DNA of 64,000 nucleotides from Acidobacteriota bacterium (GTDB taxonomy: Bacteria; Acidobacteriota; G020349885). Made by a program: the position numbers and the translations under genes. Location of the stretch: NCBI GenBank assembly GCA_020349885.1, contig CP070701.1, positions 32,498 through 96,497 of the forward strand, given 5' to 3'. The notes under the pieces are model-generated. The model did no database searches. It had not been told where the DNA came from and saw only the letters and a program-made list of their open reading frames with translations. Of this stretch, positions 40,942-50,122 are shown one piece after another. How positions within the stretch are numbered: the first letter of the stretch is position 1; each line of letters begins with the position of its first letter.

Positions 40942-42035
40942 GCTTTCGCGTCGGAATCCTCGGCTACCCGAAGACCGGAAAGACTCTTTTGTTCAATCTC
41001 CTGACCGGCCAGACGGCGGAAGCGGGAAAATTCTCCACGGAGCGCCGCCACCACCTGGCCAGCGTCGCCATTCCCGACCCGCACCTGGAGCGCGTGGCGG
41101 GCATCGCGGGATCGAAGAAGGCGGTGCCCTTGGCGGTCGAGGTCGTGGACCTGGCCGGGAGCCGCGGCGGCGAAGCGATGCGAAAAGCGCTGGAGCTTGC
41201 CGAGCTCCGCGGCTCCGACGCCCTCCTCCATGTGGTCCGCGCCTTCGAGGACGCCGAGATTCCGCATGTCGAGGACTCGCTGGACGCGGCGCGCGACATT
41301 CGAAACGTGGAAGCCGAGCTTCTTCTCGGCGACCTATCCACGGTCGAAAGCTCGCTGAAGAGGCTCAACGCCCTTCTCAAGAAGGCCAAGAGCCCGGAGC
41401 AGGAAAAGGAGCGGCGAGTTCTTGAAAAGTGCCACCAGGCGCTTGAAGCCGAGACGCCGCTCCGTGCGGCGGCGCTCGACCGCAGCGAGGAGGATGTCCT
41501 GCGCGGCTACGCGTTTCTGAGCCAGAAGCCCGTCCTGCATCTTGTGAACGTCGACGAGTCGGAGGCCCCGCGCGCCGAGGAGGCGATGAACGAGCTTCAG
41601 GGAAAGCTTGGCGCGGCGCTCGGTGCGAACGCGGCGCTCGCCTGGGCGTCGTGCCAGATCGAGTTCGAGATGTCCCAATTGGGCGAGGAGGAGGCGCGTC
41701 CTTTCGCGGAAGAGCTGAAAATCCGCGAGCCGTGCCGCCCGCGCGTTACGGGGGCGCTTGCGGCGCTCCTTCGCCTCCTGGTCTTCTATACGGCGAACGA
41801 GAAGGAGGCTCGGGCTTGGTGGCTGCCTCGCGGGGCGACGGCGATCGAGGCGGCGGCCAAGGTTCATTCCGACTTCGCGAAGGGCTTCATCCGCGCCGAA
41901 ACCGTTTCCTGCGCATCCCTGTTTGAGACGGCCTCGTTCGCGGAAGCCCGAACCCGCGGCCTGCTGCACGCCGAAGGGCGCGATTACGTCGTCCAGGACG
42001 GCGACGTCATCCAATTCCGCTTTCACGTAAGCTGA
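40938..42035 (+). CDS. ychF: YchF/Obg-family ribosome-binding ATPase (divergent)
   Basis: A G1 P-loop (GYPKTGKT), a central coiled-coil insert and a C-terminal TGS domain matching YchF (ARAWWLPRGATAIEAAAKVHSDFAKGFIRAE...EGRDYVVQDGDVIQFRFHV). The G3 and G4 motifs are non-canonical (DLAGS, NVDE). Confidence 0.75.
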   Translation: MSFRVGILGYPKTGKTLLFNLLTGQTAEAGKFSTERRHHLASVAIPDPHLERVAGIAGSKKAVPLAVEVVDLAGSRGGEAMRKALELAELRGSDALLHVVRAFEDAEIPHVEDSLDAARDIRNVEAELLLGDLSTVESSLKRLNALLKKAKSPEQEKERRVLEKCHQALEAETPLRAAALDRSEEDVLRGYAFLSQKPVLHLVNVDESEAPRAEEAMNELQGKLGAALGANAALAWASCQIEFEMSQLGEEEARPFAEELKIREPCRPRVTGALAALLRLLVFYTANEKEARAWWLPRGATAIEAAAKVHSDFAKGFIRAETVSCASLFETASFAEARTRGLLHAEGRDYVVQDGDVIQFRFHVS

Positions 42036-42197
42036 AGGAACGAAAGTTTCGCGGCTTACTGATACCCGCCCTCCACTTCAGTCGGGGCACGCTGGCGACA
42101 GGCAGTCGCCAGAAGCCGGGAGCCAGAGGCTGAGGATTTCCCTCTCTTCTTCTGTCCCCGCTCCCATGAAAAAGAAACGGTATAATGGTGGGTTGCC

Positions 42198-44363
42198 ATG
42201 GAAAATTTCAGTGCGGTCGGCAGGCGCCTGACATCCCGCGTCGCGGCGGGGCTTGCCGTCAATGTCTGTTTGATGGGAGTTTCTTTCGCTGCGGCCGAGC
42301 CTGCTTCTCCGTCGGTCAAAAAAAGCCTCTCCACGGTGGAGGTCGTGACGAAAGCGGAAGAAGCCCTGCTTGCGGCCCCGGAAAACATGGTGCTCTATAT
42401 CGACTGGGTCGAGGCCATGGATACGTGGGCCCGGGCGGACGGCTTCGACGTGTGGCAGATTGGCGAGGCGTTCCTCAAGGAGCAGGTTCATCCCCTGTTT
42501 CCCCGCTCCCATCCCGATCTTGGGCTCGGGCTTATACTCCTCAAAATTGAGCGCTACGACGAGGCGATTGGCCTGCTGCGGCCCGTGTTCGAGAGTGCGC
42601 CGAACCGCGCGATAGCGGCCATGGTGTTCGCCCAGGTTTTTATCCTCGGGAAGCGGCCCGACCTGGGAATCCAGTATTTCGAGCGCAGAGTTGCCCACCG
42701 CCCGAGCGGCGGCGCATGGTACGGACTGGCGATTCTCCACGAGAAGAGACGCCCCCTCGAAGCCGTCGAGGCCTACCGGCAAGCGGCGGAAGCCTTCCGG
42801 GCCGCGGGCGAGCTCGATTCGCAGGCGCATGCCCTGAACGATGAGGGCATTGTCCACCTTCGGCTCGGTGATCTCTCGAAGGCCAAAGAGCGGTTTGAAG
42901 AAGCGCTCGCGATTCGAGAGGGCCTCGAAGAATCCAAGGGCATACTTCATGTACTGAACAACTTGGTCCGCATTGAGCATCAAAGGGGGCGTTACGTCGA
43001 GGCGATCCGCCTGAACGAGCGCACCCTTGCGCTCCAGGAAAAGCTCGGCGACCGAAAGGACGCCGCGTTGTCGTGCGCGAACGTCGGCGTCGCCTACACG
43101 AATCTGGGCGACCTCGAGCGCGCCCTGGCGTACCAGCGCCGCGCCGTTGAGAGCTTTCGCGCGCTGGGCGAGCTTCCCAACGCCGCTTCGACTCTCAACA
43201 TGATGGGCATGGCCTACAAAAGCCTCGGCGACTTCGAGCGTGCGCGCAGGGTGCACCGTGAGGCGCTGCGTCTGTACGAATCGTCCGGGGAGCCGTGGGG
43301 CGTGGCGCACACGCTTGCGAGCCTGGGCTCCTTCCACGCCGCGTGGGGCGGCACGGAGCGCGCGGAGGAGTACTACCTTAGCTCGCTCCGCGCCGCGGAG
43401 CGGCTCGGCGACCGGAGCAGCGAGGCGCTCGTGTACGGCCAACTGGGCCGGCTCGCGCTCAAGCGCGGCGACCCCGAGGAGGCGGAGCGGCGCTTCCGTG
43501 ACGCTCTGGACATTGCCGAGGCCCTCGGAAACAAGCGCGACGCCGAAGCATCACTTCGAGGCATCTTCTCCGCGCTCGCCGTACGCGGTGACGCGGATGC
43601 AGAGGAGATGTCGGCCCTCGCTGGTCGCGCCGAGGCAATGGCCCGGGAAACCAGAAATTCTCAGGCTCTTGTCTCCGCGTTGCAGAACCGTGCCTTCCTT
43701 GAGCGGAAACAGGGCGACCGCGACGCGGCTTTTCGCTCCTCGCAGGAAGCCCTGGCCCTCGCGCAGCGCATCCGGGCGTTGGATTCGGCCCGGATATCGC
43801 ACCATCTGCTCGGTGAGCTTGCCCTCGGCGAGTCGGGGCTTGCCCGTCCTACCGACCCCTGGCGTGTCCGCCAGGACAAGCTTGACGGGCTTGCCGCCTC
43901 GTCCGGGCCCGGGGGGGGCCGGAGCGGAAATTTTTCAGAAGCTGCCGCCCATTACCGCGCGGCCCTGAAAATTTCGGAAAGCACCGCCGGGCTTTTGGAA
44001 GGCGTCCAGGAGCGCGGCTACTTTCTTCCCTCGTGCCTTTCGTCGTACGAAGCGCTTGCGGAGACGCTCGTCGCCCTCTGCCCTGCGGCTCCGGCGGCCC
44101 GCGAAACACCTGTCCTCCATGGCGCTGCAGAGGGAGGAAAAGCCCTGCTCAAGGAAGCCTTCGAAGCTGTCGAGCGCCGAAAAGCGCGGGCGCTTCGAGA
44201 CGAGCTGGGTCCGTTTCTCTCGACGCCCCGGGCTCTCCCGGAAGCGCTTTTGGAAAAGCGCCTCCTGCTCGAGGCGCGCCTCCGGTGGCTTCGGCAGGCG
44301 CTACGTGACGAGGTTGCCGCTTCGAGCGTTGGGGCAGGCGAATCTCCGCCCCCGGAACCGTAA
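42198..44363 (+). CDS. Secreted TPR-repeat protein (hypothetical)
   Basis: A signal peptide (VNVCLMGVSFAAAEP) is followed by 10 or more 34-residue TPR-like units (…LGDLERALAYQRRAVESFRALGE…). I see no catalytic domain. Confidence 0.6.
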   Translation: MENFSAVGRRLTSRVAAGLAVNVCLMGVSFAAAEPASPSVKKSLSTVEVVTKAEEALLAAPENMVLYIDWVEAMDTWARADGFDVWQIGEAFLKEQVHPLFPRSHPDLGLGLILLKIERYDEAIGLLRPVFESAPNRAIAAMVFAQVFILGKRPDLGIQYFERRVAHRPSGGAWYGLAILHEKRRPLEAVEAYRQAAEAFRAAGELDSQAHALNDEGIVHLRLGDLSKAKERFEEALAIREGLEESKGILHVLNNLVRIEHQRGRYVEAIRLNERTLALQEKLGDRKDAALSCANVGVAYTNLGDLERALAYQRRAVESFRALGELPNAASTLNMMGMAYKSLGDFERARRVHREALRLYESSGEPWGVAHTLASLGSFHAAWGGTERAEEYYLSSLRAAERLGDRSSEALVYGQLGRLALKRGDPEEAERRFRDALDIAEALGNKRDAEASLRGIFSALAVRGDADAEEMSALAGRAEAMARETRNSQALVSALQNRAFLERKQGDRDAAFRSSQEALALAQRIRALDSARISHHLLGELALGESGLARPTDPWRVRQDKLDGLAASSGPGGGRSGNFSEAAAHYRAALKISESTAGLLEGVQERGYFLPSCLSSYEALAETLVALCPAAPAARETPVLHGAAEGGKALLKEAFEAVERRKARALRDELGPFLSTPRALPEALLEKRLLLEARLRWLRQALRDEVAASSVGAGESPPPEP

Positions 44364-44387
44364 GGAATATCCCCGCCCGCGTTCGTT

Positions 44388-44729
44388 TTAAACGACCTGC
44401 CGGAGCGCCGCGCCGAGCGCGTCGAGGGCCAGGTCGAGCGCGTGGTGCTTGACGGGCGGCAGGCCCCCCAGCGCGTCGTTCAGCCGCTCCTTCGTGAGGG
44501 CGCGCGCTTCCCGAAGCGTCCTGTGCTTCAGCATTTCGGTGAGCGCGCTCGAGGCGGCGATGGCCGCGGCGCAGCCGAGTGTCTTGAAGCACGCGGCCGC
44601 CACCACGCCGTCCTCGACGCGAAGGTAGAGCTTCATCACGTCACCGCACGAATCGTTGCGCGCCTCTGCGGACGCCGAAGGGTTTTCGAGCACGCCGATG
44701 TTGCGGGGATTCGTAAAGTGCTCCATCAT
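44388..44729 (-). CDS. Fe-S cluster assembly scaffold, NifU/IscU N-terminal-domain type
   Basis: The three scaffold cysteines lie in conserved contexts (NDSCGDVMKL; FKTLGCAAAIAS; the third Cys is expected in …SSALTEML… by alignment). The MMEHFTNPRNIG start is typical of IscU. Confidence 0.8.
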   Translation of the reverse strand: MMEHFTNPRNIGVLENPSASAEARNDSCGDVMKLYLRVEDGVVAAACFKTLGCAAAIAASSALTEMLKHRTLREARALTKERLNDALGGLPPVKHHALDLALDALGAALRQVV

Positions 44730-44768
44730 CCGGGGCGGATACTGGCCGAATCGGACCGTTGCCACGGC

Positions 44769-46889
44769 TTAGCTCGCAGGGGGCGAGTATTTGGCCAGGA
44801 AGTCTTTTGCTTCGCGAACCGCCGGCATGTCGGGAGGGGCGTTTTTGATAAATAGCGAGAAATGCTGGGCGGCGCTGTCTTGGTGGCCCATGCGGAGAGC
44901 CAGCTTGGCCATGTTGTAGTGAAGCTCATAGCGGTTGGGCTCGAGCTCCATGGCGCGCTCCATGTACTGGACGGCCTGGTCGGGATATCCAAGCTCGACG
45001 CAGGCCAGGGCCATGCCCTGCAGGGCTTCGGCGTTGGGGATAACCTCCATGGCGCGCTTGAAGTGGTGGCGCGCTTCCGCCGGCTTTCCTTCGTCCAGGG
45101 ATAGGTTGCCGAGGCGGTTCAACACGTCCACGTTGCTGGGCAGCTTCTCGAGGGCCAGCTCCCACTGCCTGCGCACGTCCGCGTAGTGGCCGACATGGAG
45201 GTAGAGCGTGCCCAGGTCCACGATGGAGGGGATGTGGTTCGGGTCGTCCTCAATTGCCTGGAGATAGAATTCCTCCGCCTGCGGCAAATCCCCGTCCACC
45301 GCCGCAATGCGCCCGAGGAGATGGTAGGTGTCCGCGGAGACGTAGCCGAGCTCGAGAATGCGGTTTGCCTCCCGGCGCGCATCTTCCATCCGGTTAAGGC
45401 GGACGTAGCAGAGGGCCAGGTTCAGACGGCCCGTGTAGTTGGCGTCATGCAGCGCGAGCACGCGTTTCCAGGTCTCGGCGGCTCTCTCGTACACGGAGTT
45501 GGCCATGTACCCCATGGCCTGCTGGTAGAGCACGATGGCATCGCGCACGTCTTTGGGGTCGGGCCCGCTTTCGGCCTCTGCCTCGCCGCCCACGATGCGG
45601 TGGCCGACGTAGCCCAGGCTTTCGAGTTTCGCGCGCACGTCCGGGTCGGGAAACGTAAGATCGAGGTCCCGCCTGGAAAACGACGCCTCCATGTTTTTGA
45701 GCTCGCTGGCCATGGCTTTCGCCTTCTGGGTGTCCTCGGCGGCCAGGTTGCGGGACTCGTCCGGGTCTTCCGCGATGTTATAAAGCTCGGGGGTGGGAAG
45801 CCGGATCCACTTCCACCCGTTTTTCCATATTCCAAAGGACGCCGCCCAGCGGTGCTCGTAATGGGCGTTCATGGCCTCGCCGTAGAAGACGCGCTCCGGC
45901 AGCGACGCCCCGCCCTGAACCGCCGCGGCAAGCGAGATGCCTTCGCCCATCGTGGCTTCCGGGCTCACGCCGGCCATCTCGAAGATTGTCGGCGCGACGT
46001 CGATCAGGCTTACGGTGCCCACGATGCTTCGCGCCTCGCCGACGGGTCCGCCCCAGAAGAGGAGCGGCACGTGCATCGTTGGCTCGTACAGGAAGACGCC
46101 GTGCGTCGGCTCTCCGTGCTGGCCGAGCCCCTCGCCGTGGTCGGCGGTGAACACCAGGAGCGTGTCGTCTCTCAGGTCGAGGGAGCGGAACACCTCGAGG
46201 AATTTTCCCAGCTCCTGGTCCACGTAGGCGACCTCGGCATCGTAGAAGGCGTGCTGGGCCTCGTAGCCTTCGCGGGAATCGATGCGGCGCCGCCACTTGG
46301 CGACCTGGAACTCCGGCGGCGTGTAGGGCGCGTGCGGGTCGAAAAGGTGTATCCACATGAAGAAGCGCTCGCCGGTGTTTTCCTGAAGCCACTTCACGGC
46401 CTCCTCGAACACCGGCGCCGCCGGCCTCTGGTTCGAAATCTGGCCCCGGTAGCCCGTGGCGAAGTCCTCGTTATAGACGTCGAATCCCTGCGCGAGCCCG
46501 AATGAGCTTGCCACGGGGATCGCCCCGACGAAGGCCGCCGTTTCGTAGCCGGCCCGCGCGAACGCCTCGGCCAGCGTGCCCTCGTCGTCGGCCAGAACGA
46601 AGATGCTGTTGTGGCGCACGCCGTGTGAGGGGGGGTATTTCCCCGTCATGAGCGAGGCGTGGGCGGGCAGGGTGATGGGGGTCGTCGTGATGGCGTGCTC
46701 GAACAGGACGCCCTCGCGCGCGAGCCGGTCCGCCGTCGGCGTCTCGGCGCGCTCGCGGCCGTAGCACCCCAGGTAGTCGGCGCGCAGCGTGTCCACGCTG
46801 ATCAGGACGACGTTGTACGTCGCGCGGCCGCACCCAGCGGCCAGAAGGGCCGCGCCCAGGAAAACCAGTAAACGTCCATGCAGCTTCAT
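44769..46889 (-). CDS. Sulfatase-like hydrolase/transferase (alkaline-phosphatase superfamily) fused to C-terminal TPR repeats; lipoprotein-type signal
   Basis: The N-terminus LLAAGCG looks like a lipobox. The sulfatase fold motifs are present (VVLISVDTLRADYLGCYG; HGVRHNS). At the FGly position the nucleophile context reads TPITLPAHASLMTG rather than C/S-x-P-x-R, suggesting a Thr nucleophile as in LtaS/EptA-type transferases. The last roughly 250 aa are TPR repeats. Confidence 0.75.
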   Translation of the reverse strand: MKLHGRLLVFLGAALLAAGCGRATYNVVLISVDTLRADYLGCYGRERAETPTADRLAREGVLFEHAITTTPITLPAHASLMTGKYPPSHGVRHNSIFVLADDEGTLAEAFARAGYETAAFVGAIPVASSFGLAQGFDVYNEDFATGYRGQISNQRPAAPVFEEAVKWLQENTGERFFMWIHLFDPHAPYTPPEFQVAKWRRRIDSREGYEAQHAFYDAEVAYVDQELGKFLEVFRSLDLRDDTLLVFTADHGEGLGQHGEPTHGVFLYEPTMHVPLLFWGGPVGEARSIVGTVSLIDVAPTIFEMAGVSPEATMGEGISLAAAVQGGASLPERVFYGEAMNAHYEHRWAASFGIWKNGWKWIRLPTPELYNIAEDPDESRNLAAEDTQKAKAMASELKNMEASFSRRDLDLTFPDPDVRAKLESLGYVGHRIVGGEAEAESGPDPKDVRDAIVLYQQAMGYMANSVYERAAETWKRVLALHDANYTGRLNLALCYVRLNRMEDARREANRILELGYVSADTYHLLGRIAAVDGDLPQAEEFYLQAIEDDPNHIPSIVDLGTLYLHVGHYADVRRQWELALEKLPSNVDVLNRLGNLSLDEGKPAEARHHFKRAMEVIPNAEALQGMALACVELGYPDQAVQYMERAMELEPNRYELHYNMAKLALRMGHQDSAAQHFSLFIKNAPPDMPAVREAKDFLAKYSPPAS

Positions 46890-47096
46890 GCCTCGATTAT
46901 ACTACAGGGAGTCCGGTTTTTCCCCTCTCCCTTCCCCGGTTCAACTGGCGGCGAGTTTTTCCTCTCTCCATTCACTGCCCAATTGGCGGCGACGGGGCGG
47001 GGGGCTTATAATAAGGAGCGGAATCGAAGCCATGGGCAAGAAATCTTTCGTCGTTTTCACCCCCTGAACGTCGCCTATGACTAGAAAAGGAGAATC

Positions 47097-47723
47097 ATGC
47101 CTCTAATCCACTGCGAAGAGTGCGGAACAGAGATATCGCAAAAAGCCCCGATATGTCCCCAGTGCGGCCACCCGCGCCGCTTCGAGCCGTTTCCGCTTCT
47201 CAAGATCCCGAGGAAGAAACGCAGGGGCTGCTGCGGCTGCCTGTTTTTCCTGCTGCTCGTTGCGTTGCTGGCGCTTGCGGCATGGCTCGCCCGGGACAGG
47301 CTGCCCGAGGGTGTGCGCGAAAAACTCGGCCTAGTGCGCCAGTACGCGGCGGGCGAGCCCCTGACGGTTTACGACAAGGAGGTGCAAATCCCCGGGGGCA
47401 ACTACTTTCACATCCAGCTTCCCCTGGCCAAGGTTTCCGAAATCACCCTGGAGTTCGAGGTAACGTCCGGCCCCGCGATCAACGTCTACGGCATGGACGA
47501 GGAGGGATTGCGGGCGTGGGAAACCGACGGAGCCTCCGGTGAGGCGTTTCAGCCTCTTCCCGGCTGGTCGTTTCCCGCGGCGACTGAGGGCCGCCACGAG
47601 GGAGCGCTGGACGCGGGCACGTACTACTTTGTCGCGGACAATTCCGGCTTTCAGAAAGGTGAAGACGTTGGCGGCGGCGACAACACGGCGAGCGTCCGCA
47701 TCAAGGTCTCGCAGAAGCTCTAG
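47097..47723 (+). CDS. Zinc-ribbon / single-TM protein with C-terminal beta-rich domain (hypothetical)
   Basis: A CxxC...CxxC ribbon (HCEECGTEIS...CPQCGH) and a TM helix (LFFLLLVALLALAAWLA) precede a C-terminal domain of unknown family. A strong SD (AAAAGGAGAA) and a TATAAT at 47007-12 lie upstream. Confidence 0.45.
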   Translation: MPLIHCEECGTEISQKAPICPQCGHPRRFEPFPLLKIPRKKRRGCCGCLFFLLLVALLALAAWLARDRLPEGVREKLGLVRQYAAGEPLTVYDKEVQIPGGNYFHIQLPLAKVSEITLEFEVTSGPAINVYGMDEEGLRAWETDGASGEAFQPLPGWSFPAATEGRHEGALDAGTYYFVADNSGFQKGEDVGGGDNTASVRIKVSQKL

Positions 47724-47729
47724 CGCCTC

Positions 47730-48329
47730 TTACAGCACGAACTTCAGGAGCACGAAGCCGCCGAGAAGCGCGAGCACGAAGAGGATGGAGAGGAGGTTGA
47801 AGTATTTTTCGAGGAAGGGCTTGATGGGCGGGCCGAAGAACCAGAGCGCCGCGGCGACGAGGAAGAACCGTCCGGCGCGCCCGAGGAGGGAGGCGATGAC
47901 GAACACCGGGACGTTGATCGAGCAGGCGCCCGCGGCGATGGTGAACACCTTGTAGGGAATGGGCGTGAAGCCCGCGGTGAAGACGATCCACGCGTCGTGG
48001 CGCCGGTAGAGCTCCCGGACGTGCTCGAAGCCTTCCATGGCCCCGTAGAACTCGAGGAGGGCGCGGCCCACGCTCTCGAACAGGAATACGCCGATGGCGT
48101 AGCCCGCGAGGCCGCCGGCCACGGAGCCCGCGGTGCAGACTGCGGCGAACCAGAACGAGCGGCGCGGTCTTCCGATGCCGAGGGTGATGAGAAGGACGTC
48201 GGGCGGCACGGGGAAGAAGGACGATTCCGCGAACGAGAGCCCGAAAAGCGACCACGTGCCCGAGGGCCGCTCCGCGAGCGACTCCGTCCAGCGGTAGAGC
48301 CGCCGCAGCGGATTGCGGTCTCGATCCAT
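47730..48329 (-). CDS. DedA/YqaA (VTT-domain) family membrane protein
   Basis: The YqaA-type pattern is present (FPVPPDVLLITLGI...; GFTPIPYKVFTIAAGA). The 199-aa protein has 4-5 TM segments. Confidence 0.7.
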   Translation of the reverse strand: MDRDRNPLRRLYRWTESLAERPSGTWSLFGLSFAESSFFPVPPDVLLITLGIGRPRRSFWFAAVCTAGSVAGGLAGYAIGVFLFESVGRALLEFYGAMEGFEHVRELYRRHDAWIVFTAGFTPIPYKVFTIAAGACSINVPVFVIASLLGRAGRFFLVAAALWFFGPPIKPFLEKYFNLLSILFVLALLGGFVLLKFVL

Positions 48330-48484
48330 GGCGCTATCCTACCATGGGGAAGGGTTCGGAAGGTGCGGCAGGTACGGAGGGTGCGTAAGCATGGGGTAAG
48401 CGCGGTTGCCTTTCCGCACCTTCTGCACTGTTATTACCATCAGCTCTTCGGCGACGACGAATATCCATAAACTTTATCGGCGGC

Positions 48485-49438
48485 TTATTCCGACATCCGG
48501 GACGTGGGGGCGGACGGGGGTTTCTCGCGCAGCGCCCGGCGGCGCGCCAGCGCGCGCGGCACGTAATCCTCGGCCCCTTCGAGCAGTCTCAGCAGATGCC
48601 ACGGGTGGGTCAGCAGGAAAAGGCGGACGGCGATTTCCCCGGCGATCACGTACGGCAGGTCGCGCAGGAGCGCGCCCCAGGAGTCGTTCTTGATGAGCGT
48701 CAGGTAGCGGTTCTTTAGGATGTGGTGCTGAAACTCCTCGCTGCGCCCCAGGATGGCGAAGGGGAGGCGCCCCGAAGCGAAGGCCCCGCCGCGGGCGTGC
48801 CGGATCCGCACCGCGGGGTTGTAGCGTACCCGCCAGCCGCGCCGCCGGGCGCGCCAGCCCGTGTCCAGGTCCTCCCAGTAAGAGAAGAAATCCTCGTCGA
48901 AGAACTCCCCCCCCACGCTCACGTCCTCGACGGCCTCCCGCCGCCAGAACGCGGCCGCCCCGCAGACGGAAAAGACGTCCTCGGCGCGGTCGAACTGGCC
49001 GCGGTCGGGCTCGCCGTAGCCGCGCTCCCGGACCTTCCTCGTGCGGCTCAGGAATTGGCCGGCGCTGTCCAGGGTCTCGCCGTCTAGGCGCAGCAGCTTG
49101 GGCGCCACCGCGCCGATCGCTTCGTCTTCCGCGAACGTTCCTATAGCGCGCTCGAGGGCGTCGTCGTCGAGAACCGTGTCGGCGTTGAGAAACAGGAGGA
49201 ACTCGCCCCGCGCCGCGGCCAGCCCCTGGTTGTTGGCCCGGGCGAACCCCTCGTTCCGCGCGTTTTCGACGAGGCGGACGTCCGGCCAGCTTTTTCGAAG
49301 AAGCGGCACCGTTCCGTCCCGCGAGCCGTTGTCCACGACGATGATTTCCACGTCGCGGCACGTCTGGCCGCGGAGGGACGCGAGACATGCCTCGAGGTAC
49401 GGGCGCGTGTTCCACGATGCGATGACGACGGAGAGCAT
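48485..49438 (-). CDS. Family-2 glycosyltransferase
   Basis: GT2 N-terminal motifs are present (LSVVIASWNTRPYL; IIVVDNGSRDGT; NEGFARANNQG; LFLNADT). Confidence 0.8.
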   Translation of the reverse strand: MLSVVIASWNTRPYLEACLASLRGQTCRDVEIIVVDNGSRDGTVPLLRKSWPDVRLVENARNEGFARANNQGLAAARGEFLLFLNADTVLDDDALERAIGTFAEDEAIGAVAPKLLRLDGETLDSAGQFLSRTRKVRERGYGEPDRGQFDRAEDVFSVCGAAAFWRREAVEDVSVGGEFFDEDFFSYWEDLDTGWRARRRGWRVRYNPAVRIRHARGGAFASGRLPFAILGRSEEFQHHILKNRYLTLIKNDSWGALLRDLPYVIAGEIAVRLFLLTHPWHLLRLLEGAEDYVPRALARRRALREKPPSAPTSRMSE

Positions 49439-49469
49439 CCCGAAACAGTATAAAGCAATGAACGACTAA

Positions 49470-49534
49470 ATGACCATATGACCGGATGACCGAATGACCA
49501 ATTTGGTCATCTGGGAATTGGGTCATCTGGTCAT
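49470..49534. repeat. Hexamer array: 4 direct ATGACC copies at 8-bp period followed by 3 inverted GGTCAT copies (operator/terminator-like element) spanning the pgsA stop codon
   Basis: AAATGACCATATGACCGGATGACCGAATGACCAATTTGGTCATCTGGGAATTGGGTCATCTGGTCAT. The centre, ATGACCAATTTGGTCAT, is a perfect 6-bp stem-loop. Confidence 0.6.
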
Positions 49535-50101
49535 TCTTCTTGCATTTTGCTCCTGCGTTGCGGCCAGGTTGCGGCTCGTGAGGAGGCTGTACTGCACGGC
49601 CGAAAGCGCGGTGGCCGAGAACGCGATCCACAAAAGGGTTGAGAGATGCGGCGATGGAACGCCGCGCCAATTGTAGAAGAGCGCGTCGGCGACGAGCAGT
49701 ATCTGGAAAAGAGTCGTCGCCTTTCCCAAAAGGGAGGGGCGGAACAAGCCCCGCCGCTCGGTGGTAAAGAACGTGGCTAGGATAACCACCAGGATGATGA
49801 CGTCGCGGGCGAGGAAGAAGATGGCGAAAGACACCGGGATGCGGTTCGGGAATTCGCTCAACGCGAGGCCCAGGATGGCAATGGCGAGGAGCATCTTGTC
49901 GGCCACTGGGTCGAGGTAGGCCCCCAGGGTGGTTTTCTGCCTCCACAGGCGGGCGATGAAGCCGTCCAATGCATCCGTAAACGCGGCCAGCATGAACACG
50001 AGCAGCGTCCATCCATACTGCCGGGAAAGGAGGAGAATCAAGAAAAGCGGCGTAAGCCCCATTCGCAGCAGCGTAAGCTGGTTGGGCAGGGTCAGAGGCA
50101 T
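49523..50101 (-). CDS. pgsA: CDP-diacylglycerol--glycerol-3-phosphate 3-phosphatidyltransferase (CDP-alcohol phosphatidyltransferase family)
   Basis: The CDP-OH P-transferase motif DALDGFIARLWRQKTTLGAYLDPVADK is present. The 192-aa protein is polytopic. Confidence 0.8.
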   Translation of the reverse strand: MPLTLPNQLTLLRMGLTPLFLILLLSRQYGWTLLVFMLAAFTDALDGFIARLWRQKTTLGAYLDPVADKMLLAIAILGLALSEFPNRIPVSFAIFFLARDVIILVVILATFFTTERRGLFRPSLLGKATTLFQILLVADALFYNWRGVPSPHLSTLLWIAFSATALSAVQYSLLTSRNLAATQEQNARRMTR

Positions 50102-50122
50102 GGGCGTGCTTCTCGCATTAAG

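Noticed and set aside
42078-43442. 454-aa minus-strand ORF antisense to the TPR protein
   Set aside because: The plus-strand TPR periodicity is clear. The antisense ORF has no motifs and overlaps the ychF/TPR intergenic promoter region.
47033-47068. 11-codon uORF (MGKKSFVVFTP) in the leader of the zinc-ribbon gene
   Set aside because: It has no convincing SD at proper spacing and is too short to evaluate. I mention it only as a possible leader peptide.
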